DNA of 63,937 nt, counting the filler, from Octopus bimaculoides (lineage: Eukaryota), in NCBI RefSeq assembly GCF_001194135.2. It is 8 parts of 6 records of this genome, joined end to end, with 100 filler letters (N's around TTAATTAATTAA, not from the genome) between each part and the next. Parts side by side here need not be neighbours in the genome. Positions count along the whole stretch, not along the records: positions 1 to 11,883 come from NC_068983.1; 7 more parts are not named here. The stretch is one strand, 5' to 3'. The translations under genes were made by a program, and so were the position numbers. Below the pieces are notes generated by a model. It saw only the letters and a list, made by a program, of their open reading frames with translations, ran no database searches and was not told where the DNA came from. Shown piece by piece: positions 1 through 11,490 of this stretch; within the stretch, counting starts at the first letter, position 1, and every line of letters begins with the position of its first letter.

Positions 1-233
1 TCCTATTTCTCTAAACTGCCACGTTAGTTTGGCAATAAATATTAATACCCAGTACTGCTGCTGTATCTCTCCTTTAGAGAGATTTAGAAATTATAACATT
101 TCTATTTTTGAAAATCAGTGAATGTGTTTCACTGAATATATATAAATAAAACCTTTGAACAGACAGTCAACAGTGATGCCTGCTGGACTCAGCTGCTCCA
201 CACACACTCAGAAACTCACCTATACTATAGGTA

Positions 234-261
234 CTAGCAGTGTAGCCCGGCGTTGCCCGAG
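234..261 (-). terminator. Helitron 3' subterminal hairpin and CTAG terminus
   Basis: Plus strand CTAG at 234-237 and CCCGGCGTTGCCCGAG at 246-261; this is the canonical Helitron 3' hairpin-plus-CTRR geometry. Confidence 0.85.
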
Positions 262-822
262 AAATTTAATTGATTTTAGTAATACTTGAAATCGACGTCA
301 TTGCGTTCTTCTCGTACTGATGCATAAATACCTTACATATAAAACGGGTGAATGTTGCAGAAAAATGTATCTTTTCCTGAATTTTTTAACATATTTCGCT
401 TTCGTAAATCATCATTCCTCTTTTGAAAGTTGAAGAAATTCCGAGATGATAGATGTCTGCATTATGTGTGGTCACCTTTCAGCCAAACTGAAGCATACTT
501 ACCCTGCCCAATTCGATCCTGCTTGACAAATCAATGACTTTGAAATCGCCCTTTTGAATACTACATCCATCTGCCATGCAGTAATAATGAGACTATGAAA
601 TTCAGTTGTTCTGCATAATAGTTAGACACCAAAAATTGTAATCTTTACCTAATTTCTCGTACTTATCGTGTAAAACATCTGTACGAATGTGGTTTGAGAA
701 CGGTCATTTCAGAGACCAACGTAATGTAAAGACAGGTTAAACATTTATGAATTAATTTGAAAAAAGCTAATGAAAGATATACAAAAACTTACATTGGTAA
801 AGTCGACAGCAGTTGGTAATAA

Positions 823-3800
823 TCACTGGTGCAATACCTCATTGTAGACAATGCTTTTTGTTTTTCCATTTAGAGTGTACGCGAAAAGACTGTCCTTGCT
901 CTCCACTCTTGAACATCCCACGTAGAGTTGGCCGTGTGAAAAACATGATTCTTCCAAGTATAGTCCTGAAACCGAAAGCGTCTGCCCCTGTGATTTGTTG
1001 ATCGACATTGCAAAACTGGTGCGAATGGGAAATTGAAGTCGTCTAAATGTAAAGGGGATATCAGCATCGGACGGAGTAAGTGGAATTCTGGGAATAAAAA
1101 CATCTCCTGTTCCACACCCTGATATAATGGTTGCTTCAAGGACATTTTGCATGGCTTTCTTTATCACAAGACGTGTACCATTGCAGAGTGTTGTTGGGTT
1201 TAGATTCCTAAGAAGCATAACAGGTGTTCCAACTTTCAGCCTAAGTTTATGAGGTGGCATTCCCGGAGGTTCAAGTGAATTCAGGAATTCGATAGGGTAA
1301 TTTACTACTTGGTCAGGGTTGGGAAAAGAATCCATAGAATTGTAGACATATAGACTACCAGGAATGACTTGCAGCAGCTGGTCATTTATTGCGTTGACCA
1401 AAGTGTTTTTTTTTGGGCTAAAATAGCTCTTTCGCATAACCACTTAATGTCGCGATAGTTTTCATGTAGCCTGGGGAAGACTTCTGTTGTGAGCTTTTCT
1501 ACTGTACTGATAGGTGTACAAATGGAGGATATTAAAATTTGTCCATCTGCATCGAGCATTAGTTTTCCATCTCCAAGCGATAAAACATTTGAAGCGAATT
1601 GCACTGCTTGTTGGTCATTATGCAGTTTCGCTCGTATATTCGTCGTGAGAGTGAGTGTTGTTACATGTTGCCATGACAAAGATGATTTGAGGCATGCACT
1701 GACTTTGTCAGCCCTGGTCCCTTTGGGAATGACAGGAAGTGTCTGACGAAAGTCGCCAGAAAGAAGATGCGTTATACCTCCCATAGGAGTTGAGCAATCC
1801 CTGATGTCTTGGATTATAGTGTTGAGGGCTTCTAGAGCTCGTCTGTGGGCCATAGGGCATTCATCTCACATGGTGAGCTGGCACTTCTGCAAAAGCATGC
1901 CTTTTTCAGACGTTTTGGTGATGTTGCAGGAGGGGCTTTCAGATTTCGCTAAGTGTAAGGGCAGCTTAAAGGCAGAATGAGCAGTCCTGCCGTCAGGTAG
2001 GAGAATTGCAGCAGTACCGGAGGATGCCACTGCCAATGCAATGACTTTATTCAGCCTCACCTTTGAAAGAAGCTTAATAAGGAAGGTTTTTTCCTGTGCG
2101 TGCAGGTGCATCTAGGAAAAAAATCACGCCTTTCTGGTTCTGAACATTTCCGAAAACTGTGTTTATAATTTGTTGCTGTTCTGGTTGGAGCTTCGGCTCA
2201 ATTTCGTGTATGAATTGGGCAAGAGTGTCAGCATTGTAGGACATTTCACGAATGAGCTCGGTTGATGTAAAATTCGATTCGTCACGAAGAGTTGCGGGCA
2301 GTCCGTACACTTGCAAAGTGGTTTCACCCAATAAAGCGATCTTGTTTTCTATATCAATCAAAGCGCAGTTGTAGATGTGATCATTGGCAGAATTAATTTC
2401 GGGAACTTGCCTTTTTTGAAGTTGGTAATAATCTTCAGCAAGCTCATTTCTATACCTAAGCCACAGAGAGACCGGGTCTGATACCTCGCAAATATGCAAA
2501 AGAATGGCAAAGTGGGCTCTGAGACTTTTAGGAGAGCGCGAATTGGCAGCTTCAGCAAGAGTTGCATCCCACTTTGAATTGTCCTCGAGCAGGTCATGTC
2601 TTAGGCATGCCTCCCTGAAGGTGGAACAGATCTCGCCGTTCACGGTTTTCAGGTGTTGGAATGATTTAGGGCCCCTGACTTCATGAAGGATCAAGCGAAG
2701 GTAAAAGCACTCCTGTTGACTTGGGTGAACGGTATATACCCTGCCGAGGCAAGTGTCAAACTTCACAGTCGGGAAGCCATCAACCTGCCTGCCTATCCTC
2801 CATCGCTGCCATGTATTGTTGCTCTAAGTGTAGTATGATGGTACTTGATGGTAGAGCAACGTTTCAGCAAATGTATCTACGTTATATAGCTTGAAAAAGG
2901 CAGTTAGGGTAGTGTCTTTAGGGTATTCGACAACAATTGCAGCAGTTGAAGGCGTGAAGTAAATGCGTTGACCATTCTTAGGGTGGATTGCGAGCTGTTG
3001 AATAGGCGGATGCCTTTGATGTAAAGGAAAACCGAAAATTCTCCAGAATGCTTCATTGCTGCTTATCTATCTGCCGACTTGGTATTGTGCTACCTCGTCC
3101 CGGTTACCATTTTGCTGCAGAGAGAACGTAGCCGCATCTGTCCCTTTATTTATATATTTGCAGACGTATTTGATTGAACTGCAAAACTCTACGTTGATTT
3201 GAGCGTTAAACGCTTTGGACAAAAGCGGGCAAAATGGCATGATCCACCTGTTGTCTACTTCGTGGTGCCCTACCTTAACCGTGAGCCCACCGTCTTCAGG
3301 ACGCCTTCGCCTGTATAGCGGGTAGCTATCGTTGCCCATCTGAGTATGAAGCTAGAACTTCTTGGGAAACCCTTTCGTGCATTTCGAATCTCTGAAGCAT
3401 GGTGAATGGATGTTAAATCCATACCCACAAGGTCCATGAACAATGTTTGAGCATACTATCTGAAAAAGATCTGGGTCTACCGCTGGATCAGGCAGTTCTG
3501 CTGATATCAGGCTGTCTATTTTGTTTGAATTGATTTTTGAGGACAACCATAACAGAATATGGGCGTGCGGAAGACCTCTTTTCTGCCACTCGACAGTATA
3601 CATGTCGCATTTAACACTCCCGAATATCTGTCCTATCTTGATCAAATCCATGAGTTTCTGTAGCTTCAACTGAAAAACTCGTGCAAGAAGATCATGCCTA
3701 TCAGCAGGCCTCTGACCGTTTAATAGTTCAATTTCAATTTCAATCCACTTGGGGTTGCAAGTAAAGGTTATGAATAAATCCGGGCGACCAAAATGACGTA

Positions 3801-5459
3801 CAAACGTCATAGCATCTTGCGTTCTCTCATGCATATACTGCGGACCCCCGGTAAATGTAGATGGTAAAATGCAGACCTGTCCAATATCTTGAGGCGCGAC
3901 GTCATTGATTATGCCATCCCGAAGGTGGATATAATTCTCAGACCTTAGCTTTTTTTTGATTACGGCGAATGAAACGCAACCTTTCAGACTCCATCTTGGC
4001 GTAGATATCCACAACAAATTGATGGAACAGGTCACGTGAACAATGGAGATGATTCATTGAGTTTCCTCGAGTCATTAGACGATATGAATAGAATTCCATG
4101 CATGAAACGTTTTTGCTGGTACATTCGTCTAGTCTTTGTGAATGATGTTGTGGAATACCGAAATGATACCCATTCTCACCGTAAACGAATAGCAAGGGGT
4201 ACTGGAGCGCATCGTATGCCCTATGAGATTCGTGTATTCGTTGGATGCTGTTATCGCGGCATGACAAAACAATATCCCTTGGATTAGAGGGTTCACCTTG
4301 AAGAACAATGGCAACTTCATTGCAAGATGGTTGATTATACCGGCCTGCATGCTCACCAAATGGACGTTTATCAGCATGTATGACAACATTAAAATTGGGG
4401 CCTGACGCTATCTCTAAAGCATACTTGAAACTCTTAACATAACTATTTGTTTCATGAAGCATTTCCTGTAGCTGAAATATCAGTTGGAAGTTAGTCCCAG
4501 GTGATATGTTATTTCGTTTTAGTGCCTGTTCTTGGTAGCTGCAAACGAAGTATAGTTAAAAGAAACTGCGACTCCTGTAATGCATCATGTTGAAGAGGTC
4601 CTATCCTGTGGTAAACCTGACCCTGAACTTTGAATGTAGGCATGAATCCATCCTCTCGGATGATATTGGCACCGAAAGAGGTCATTTGAAACGCACAGTT
4701 ATACTTTCTTATGTTGCGTAGGAAGTATCTTGAATCAGTTGTTGTTCCCTCAAGAAGCTCCTGCAGTGGTTGTGGGGGATCCTCCAGCGTAGGTAATTTG
4801 ACTTTTTCATCTGAACAGCACATTGCAGTAGGTTCTCCTGGCCACTTATTTGCAGAACAGAATGAGCAAATAACTCTCATATCGGAAATGGAGATTTCAG
4901 GGTAGGATGAATAATCGATGTTTGGATTATAATCGAACGCCTGTAATAACCATCTGGAACTGCATGGTTTCATTACACCTTTGCGAAGACTTTTACGACG
5001 GGCGATGGTGTTCAAGCGGTCACGTCTCACTTCCAGGGGCTCGAAAGCTCTTGCAGCAGCAGTTGAAGAAGCATGAACAGCAAGGCGAAGGGCTCGATGT
5101 TCATCATCTTCAGAAGTGGCAGCAGTTGAAGCAGCGTTTCTTGCTCTTGAGTCTCAGCAGCTTCTTGAGGCAGTGGTGGAAGAAGCAGTATTTGCTCGAC
5201 AAAGTGTTAGCTGCTCTTGAGTCTCAGAACCTCATGAGGCAGTAGTTGAAGCAGCGTTTCTTGCTTGACGCAGGGTTCGTTGGTCTGGAGTCTCAGCAGA
5301 TCTTGATGCAGCAGTTGAAGTAGCGTTTCTTGCTAGACGAAGGGTTCGTTGGTCTGGAGTCTCAGCAGCTCATTCAGCGGCTCTTAAAGAAGCGATTCTG
5401 GAATATCTTTTTAAAACCGATTCTTTCATTCCCCAGCAAACTCTCTTCTTTGGTGGCAT
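823..5459 (-). pseudogene. Helitron Rep-Helicase (HUH Y2 replication initiator + PIF1/SF1B helicase), broken by frameshifts and stops
   Basis: Starts MPPKKR (ATG at 5459). Zn-finger-like CSFC...CC. Rep motifs PDLFITFTCNPKW, VEWQKRGLPHAHILLW (HUH) and KYVCKYINKG. Helicase motifs FLDAPARTGK (degenerate Walker A), ASSGTAAILLPDGRTAHSAF, *DECPMAH (Walker B, W->stop), LSGDFRQTLPV, LCNGTRL, QFPIRTSFAMSINKSQGQTL and HGQLYVGCSRV. Split over the track ORFs 823-1443, 1386-1853, 1866-2111, 2074-2766, 3067-3339, 3352-4035, 3938-4462 and 4509-5030. Confidence 0.95.
5041..5385 (-). repeat. 69-bp (23-aa) coding tandem repeat at the Helitron N-terminus, STPR-like
   Basis: TGGTCTGGAGTCTCAGCAG recurs at 5281 and 5350 (offset 69). 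Minus-strand translation ETPDQRTLRLARNATSTAASRSA / ETPDQRTLRQARNAASTTAS*GS / ETQEQLTLCRANTASSTTASRS; about 4-5 decaying units. Confidence 0.8.
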
Positions 5460-5547
5460 TTCGTAAGAAATGTGATAAACAAAATAAGAGCAACGTATGG
5501 TTTTGGAATGAAAAACACCTAATGACAGGGTGGCTAGTTACGAAAGT

Positions 5548-6250
5548 TGGAAATAGAACCTGCTCATGTGTATTTCAGGCCGATATTATGTTTTGTTTGG
5601 CAGCGTTTATATAGTTCTTTTGGGAAGTTAAGAGGAATATATAAACAGAAAATGTATTTGTAATTGAATGCGTGTTAGTAAAATTTCAGTAAACGTCTCA
5701 CCTTGAAACCAGGATATATAAATATTTACATTTAGCTGGACACTTAGTAAACCATTAGCATGTTGTTTACATAGAATTACTATAACGTAGGTTATCTCCC
5801 TTTTGTTTATGTAGAATATCGTGGTTAATTTCCAAACAGAAGAAAATGCCGAAATTGACCCATTTTAGCAAAGTTGTGAATAGAACCTGCTCATATGTAT
5901 TTCAGGCCCATATTATGTTTTGTAGTTGAAACATATAAATACTAATTAAGCATCCATTGATATTGGTAGGGTTTTTTTTTCTAGTTCATGTGTATTTCGT
6001 TAGTAAATGGGGTATATTAAAAAATACATAAAATGGCACTTTCCAAATAATGGAAACCTTCTTAAAATTTTTGTCTGGAATGTTATTATTGGTTATTGGT
6101 AAACCTCTCACCTTGAAAGCAGGATATGTAAACTATTAGTATCTGTTTGACATTGATTTGCTGTAACGTAGGTTATCTCCCTTATGTTTATGTAAAATGT
6201 CGTGCTGAATTCCCCAAAATAAAAAGAAAATGCCAAAATTGACCCATATT
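5548..6250. repeat. Tandem duplication (about 330-410 bp units) in the Helitron 5' non-coding region
   Basis: AATAGAACCTGCTCAT(G/A)TGTATTTCAGGCC occurs at about 5556 and about 5879. TCTCACCTTGAAA...TAACGTAGGTTATCTCCCTT...GAAAATGCC(G/A)AAATTGACCCAT occurs at about 5696-5861 and about 6106-6247. Confidence 0.8.
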
Positions 6251-6270
6251 GAAGAAAAAAATGAAAAAAT

Positions 6271-6788
6271 AAATGGCCGATTCCGGGCATTTTCGACCAT
6301 GAGAAATCCATTGTTGCGAGTTCCAGATTGCTATCTTGTAAGATGTGAATTTCTATAGAAGCAACACACACACACACTCACAAACTCACCTATACAATAT
6401 GTACTGATACTGATAATTGGAAAACGAAGTTTCGTAACATTGTTTACAAAATAATAGGGGAGCAGTAAAAAGAGGAAATTTAAAAAATATGTTATCTCTG
6501 TCGCGCTCTCTCTCTCTTTGCACCGTCGCTAGAAGGGGACTTAACTCATGTTTGCAAATAACGGTGACTTTAAAATTGTTAGAATTTATGGTTTAAAATT
6601 ATTTTTAATGCAAAAATTCACGTGTTAGGAAGCAACCAAAAAAAAAAAATCAAATGGCCAATTCCGGGCATTTTCGACAATGAGGAATCCATTGGTGCGA
6701 CTCCCAGATTGCTATCTTGTAAGGTGTGGATTTCTATAGATGCAACTCACACACACACTCACAAACTCACCTATACTATAGGTATAGA
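6271..6788 (-). repeat. Two copies of the Helitron 5'-terminal module (6271-6403 and 6652-6788)
   Basis: AAATGGCC(G/A)ATTCCGGGCATTTTCGAC...CAGATTGCTATCTTGTAAG...CACACACTCACAAACTCACCTATAC is present twice as a direct repeat. Confidence 0.85.
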
Positions 6789-6810
6789 TAGATACGTATA
6801 TGTATGTATG

Positions 6811-6853
<43 letters not shown>

Positions 6854-7832
6854 GTATATATNNNNNNNNNNNNNNNNNNNNNNNNNNNNNNNNNNNNNNN
6901 NNNNNNNNNNNNNNNNNNNNNNNNNNNNNNNNNNNNNNNNNNNNNNNNNNNNNNNNNNNNNNNNNNNNNNNNNNNNNNNNNNNNNNNNNNNNNNNNNNNN
7001 NNNNNNNNNNNNNNNNNNNNNNNNNNNNNNNNNNNNNNNNNNNNNNNNNNNNNNNNNNNNNNNNNNNNNNNNNNNNNNNNNNNNNNNNNNNNNNNNNNNN
7101 NNNNNNNNNNNNNNNNNNNNNNNNNNNNNNNNNNNNNNNNNNNNNNNNNNNNNNNNNNNNNNNNNNNNNNNNNNNNNNNNNNNNNNNNNNNNNNNNNNNN
7201 NNNNNNNNNNNNNNNNNNNNNNNNNNNNNNNNNNNNNNNNNNNNNNNNNNNNNNNNNNNNNNNNNNNNNNNNNNNNNNNNNNNNNNNNNNNNNNNNNNNN
7301 NNNNNNNNNNNNNNNNNNNNNNNNNNNNNNNNNNNNNNNNNNNNNNNNNNNNNNNNNNNNNNNNNNNNNNNNNNNNNNNNNNNNNNNNNNNNNNNNNNNN
7401 NNNNNNNNNNNNNNNNNNNNNNNNNNNNNNNNNNNNNNNNNNNNNNNNNNNNNNNNNNNNNNNNNNNNNNNNNNNNNNNNNNNNNNNNNNNNNNNNNNNN
7501 NNNNNNNNNNNNNNNNNNNNNNNNNNNNNNNNNNNNNNNNNNNNNNNNNNNNNNNNNNNNNNNNNNNNNNNNNNNNNNNNNNNNNNNNNNNNNNNNNNNN
7601 NNNNNNNNNNNNNNNNNNNNNNNNNNNNNNNNNNNNNNNNNNNNNNNNNNNNNNNNNNNNNNNNNNNNNNNNNNNNNNNNNNNNNNNNNNNNNNNNNNNN
7701 NNNNNNNNNNNNNNNNNNNNNNNNNNNNNNNNNNNNNNNNNNNNNNNNNNNNNNNNNNNNNNNNNNNNNNNNNNNNNNNNNNNNNNNNNNNNNNNNNNNN
7801 NNNNNNNNNNNNNNNNNNNNNNNNNNNNNNNN

Positions 7833-8363
7833 ATCTTCATTTATTCAAAGATATAAAAAATCGGGAACTGTTGAAAACAGAATAAGATCCGGTGCACCAC
7901 GCAAGATTTCCCCTAGATCTTTAAGAAAAATGAAGCGAAGAATCGAAAAAAACGCAATGATCACCAGAAAGGAATTCCAAGATTTGTTAGCTTCAGGGAT
8001 TAGTGTTACACCACGAACAATCAGTAATGAACTTCATAGGAATGAACTGAAGTCACGCTCTCCTAGAAAAACTCCGCTGTTGACTAAAAGGCATAGAGAT
8101 GCCCGTTTGAAATTTGTCTATGAACATAAAGATAAATCTGATACATTCTGGGAAAAGGTTCTATGGACAGACGTGTCGAAAATTGAATTGTTTGGATGAA
8201 ATTCGCGTAGCCATGTTTAGAGGAAAGATGGCACCACCTATTTGCTGAAAAACACAATTCCTGCTGTAAAGTTTGGAGGTGGCAACATCATGGTGTTTGG
8301 GTGTTTCTCTGCAAATGGCACTGGTAATTTACATGTGATAGATGGTAGAATGGATGCAGAGAT
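7833..8363 (+). mobile_element. Tc1-family transposase fragment (pseudogene), truncated by an LTR insertion
   Basis: RSGAPRKIS (GRPR-like linker), second HTH, SPRKTPLLTKRHRDARLKF, WEKVLWTDVSKIELFG (first catalytic D region) and [36 protein letters not shown]. Two in-frame stops. Homology ends abruptly at the LTR start TG (8364). Confidence 0.92.
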
Positions 8364-8638
8364 TGTGGTGTGATGGAGGAAACAGACAACAGGAAGCAAA
8401 AGGGAGAACGAAACACTGGGACCTTACTTTGTCGACCGTGGCGGGGTAAACGATCGCTCCAGATCAAAACACGTCTTCTACGTACGCCGTCTATCTTCGA
8501 ACTGCCCACACGTGCTCGCTGTCCACCGGGTGTGGCCGACTTCCGGTCTGTCTTCACTTCCGTTTGCTTCATCTGCGATCTCTCTCCACCAGCAACACAT
8601 AGCTCAACACAGCCCATAACACCACATGTAACACCACA
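8364..8638 (-). mobile_element. 3' LTR (275 bp) of a Gypsy element
   Basis: Bounded by the terminal inverted repeat TGTGGTGT (8364) ... ACACCACA (8638), obeying the TG...CA rule. Directly abutted by the minus-strand polypurine tract AAGGGGGCG (8647-8639). Confidence 0.85.
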
Positions 8639-8701
8639 CGCCCCCTTGATCTACAGATCACTCAACCGGCTTTCCCATTCACTCCTCGCTCCTGAACTAC
8701 C

Positions 8702-11490
8702 TTAATTGGTTTCATAATCAGCCAACCAGGGAGGAGGGTGCCGCTCCCTCTGTGGTCGCTGTGCGACCCCTGGACTGGCCTGAGTTCCTGGCGCGCTGCC
8801 TTCATCATCTTGCCTACTGCTGTTGGTTCCATCCTCTGAGGCATTGACAATCTTCCGCACATCCAAAACATGGCGTGGCATACCATCGACAGAGACGTTC
8901 TTCGAATTGATGGAGGTTATTGTTCCTTTTCCCCATTGTGATGTACACCGTGCATTTGGGGGTTTTACCCAAACTTCTTCCCCGACCTGCACAAAGGTGT
9001 GNNNNNNNNNNNNNNNNNNNNNNNNNNNNNNNNNNNNNNNNNNNNNNNNNNNNNNNNNNNNNNNNNNNNNNNNNNNNNNNNNNNNNNNNNNNNNNNNNNN
9101 NNNNNNNNNNNNNNNNNNNNNNNNNNNNNNNNNNNNNNNNNNNNNNNNNNNNNNNNNNNNNNNNNNNNNNNNNNNNNNNNNNNNNNNNNNNNNNNNNNNN
9201 NNNNNNNNNNNNNNNNNNNNNNNNNNNNNNNNNNNNNNNNNNNNNNNNNNNNNNNNNNNNNNNNNNNNNNNNNNNNNNNNNNNNNNGCCACCCATCAAGC
9301 ATTTCTTTCAGCACCTCCAAGCGAAATGCAGTGCCATTATCCAGCAGCAGCTCATCCACGAGGCCTCGTTCCAGGAATATCTCATTTAATACTCTCGCGA
9401 TTTCCTCTGCAGTCCCCGTCTTCATCTCCCTCCATATGGCCATCCGCAGTCAACTATTGAGAGGTACGTCCCTTACCGGCAGTGTGTTATGTCCACCACC
9501 AGTCGTGGTCCACTGGAATACTTCCCGCCTCATGTACGCCCGGAGTAGGGTCAATAGACTGGCACCTGTCACAGCTGCTAACCACTCTCTGCACACTCCG
9601 TCTCGTTACCTCGGAGTCGACTTTCCTGGCCAATGTCCTGTCCACTCCCATGTGATGCATGGTATGCAGTCTCCTCAACTCCGAGTCACTCAGACAGCAT
9701 ACTGCAGCCACAGCCTGCTCCGCATCCTCGGGCACCTGCAACCAGGCGTCCTTTACCCTGGTTAGGACGTCTGTCCTGTTCTTTTTGGAAGGCACAAAAA
9801 TCACGCTCAGCTTCAGATCGAACTCAGCGGTTAGCTCACGCAATATTCCCAATCGACGCTTTACCAACATCTCCGCGACCCCTTTGGTTCGCACCCTCCG
9901 CTCATTGGTGATGACTTACCGTCACCCAACCAAGCACAGTGGCCGAATCGGTCCTAATTTCGATGGTGCGCAGCCCCCACTTCAAGGCCAGATTCACCCC
10001 CTTCAGCACAGCATCCAACTCCGCTACATTGATATGGTTGCAGTCATCCATCTTCCTGAACCAGGCTGCATCTTCCACCACGGTGCCTCCCATTTCTAAG
10101 ACAATCCCTATTGCGATGCTACTGGCGTCACACCAAACGATCCCGCTCTTTAATTTGGGAACATACCAACTGCCCCTCACTGGATCCTCTGCTCTCATTC
10201 TGACCAAGACTTCCTGCATCATGTCGGTCGTTTTCTCCCCCACTCTGNNNNNNNNNNNNNNNNNNNNNNNNNNNNNNNNNNNNNNNNNNNNNNNNNNNNN
10301 NNNNNNNNNNNNNNNNNNNNNNNNNNNNNNNNNNNNNNNNNNNNNNNNNNNNNNNNNNNNNNNNNNNNNNNNNNNNNNNNNNNNNNNNNNNNNNNNNNNN
10401 NNNNNNNNNNNNNNNNNNNNNNNNNNNNNNNNNNNNNNNNNNNAAATTCTTCAGGTGGCCTATGACCTCCGTTACTGGCATTATGGTTTCATCCACAAGG
10501 GCGTCATCGATGTACGAATTGGTGGCCCTTTTTACTCTGTCCACCTTTCCCAGGATGGCCTTGAGAATTGTTGCCATAATTTTTGGCGCTGAATTTAGCC
10601 CAAACTCCAGCTTGATCAGACAGTATGTCCGGCCCTTATACCTGACAAGCTGATGCTTCCACAGTCTCTCAGCCACATGTACCTGCAGGTATGCCGACTT
10701 CAAATCGACGATCGTGGAGGCCCCTGTCACCTGCCTCCATTCTCGCAAGGTGTCCCCGCAGACATTTGTGGCCTTGCCGCCCGTATGACATGATATGTGG
10801 TCATTCAGCTCTCGGAAGTCAAGCACTGGTCTGACCTTATGCTTTGTGGGCTGTACCACCACCATAAGCGGCAGGACTTCGCTCTCTACTTCTTCTTCCC
10901 AAGGGATCAATATGCCCTCCTTAATCCACCTTCCCCTCGAACTCGCTTCTGGCATCTCCTTTCAAAGAATGCTGGTAGCAGCCCACTTTATTTTTCAACG
11001 TCGGGAGCTCTCCCCTCCAGTGCCACTCTACTGTCCACCTCTAGCCATCGAAGGCGGCACGAAAATCCTGGTCTTCAATGGTGTGCGCGGCATAGTTTTC
11101 TTCGTGGTTCTCACCAATACACGGTGTTGCCATACACGGTTTCCCCGCAACCCCGAAAGTCACACCGGCCTCGTTGACAGTGACACCTCCTAAACGGGTG
11201 ATTGCATCCATCCCCATGTCAATCTCATCCACCAAGTGGCCAACTGCAATTGCTTGCAGCGTCAGCTTTGTTCCCTGCATCTCAATCTGCACGTCTGTAA
11301 TACCTTCACAGCATACCTGTCTCCCATCGACTGCCCTCACACTGCTTTCTCCACTCCACGTCTCTACCACTCCTGGAGTCATCAGGGTCGTCGTACAGCC
11401 CGTGTCCACGAGGGCTCGCGACATCTTCCACTCCACCAGAATGTTGACAACGGGTAGCAATAAACGCGCCTCTATTGATCCAAAGGGATG
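8702..11490 (-). pseudogene. Ty3/Gypsy pol (protease-RT-RNase H-integrase), fragmented and with gaps
   Basis: Protease ALVDTGCTTTL; RT VRPVLDFRELN, IVDLKSAYLQV, FGLNSAPKIM, YIDD; RNase H CDASSIAIG, INVAELDAV, IRTDS; integrase zinc finger H..HHMGVDRT...CDRCQ, core DELLLDNGTAF, and C-terminal VWVKPPNARCTSQWGKGTI. The PR-RT-RH-IN order is diagnostic of Gypsy. Confidence 0.93.

Larger units (their letters stand above)
234..6788 (-). mobile_element. Near full-length Helitron (rolling-circle transposon), autonomous type, now decayed
   Basis: Minus-strand 5' end TCTATACC (6788 downward). The 3' end reads CTCGGGCAACGCCGGG hairpin, 8 nt, then CTAG (237-234). An A precedes the 5' end and a T follows the 3' end (A|T target, no TSD). 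The element encloses a fragmented Rep-Helicase ORF. Confidence 0.9.

Noticed and set aside
813-5614. Plus-strand and alternate-frame ORFs over the Helitron, and plus-strand ORFs over the Gypsy element (8823-11931)
   Set aside because: Antisense or shadow frames of the transposon coding sequences, with no independent motifs.
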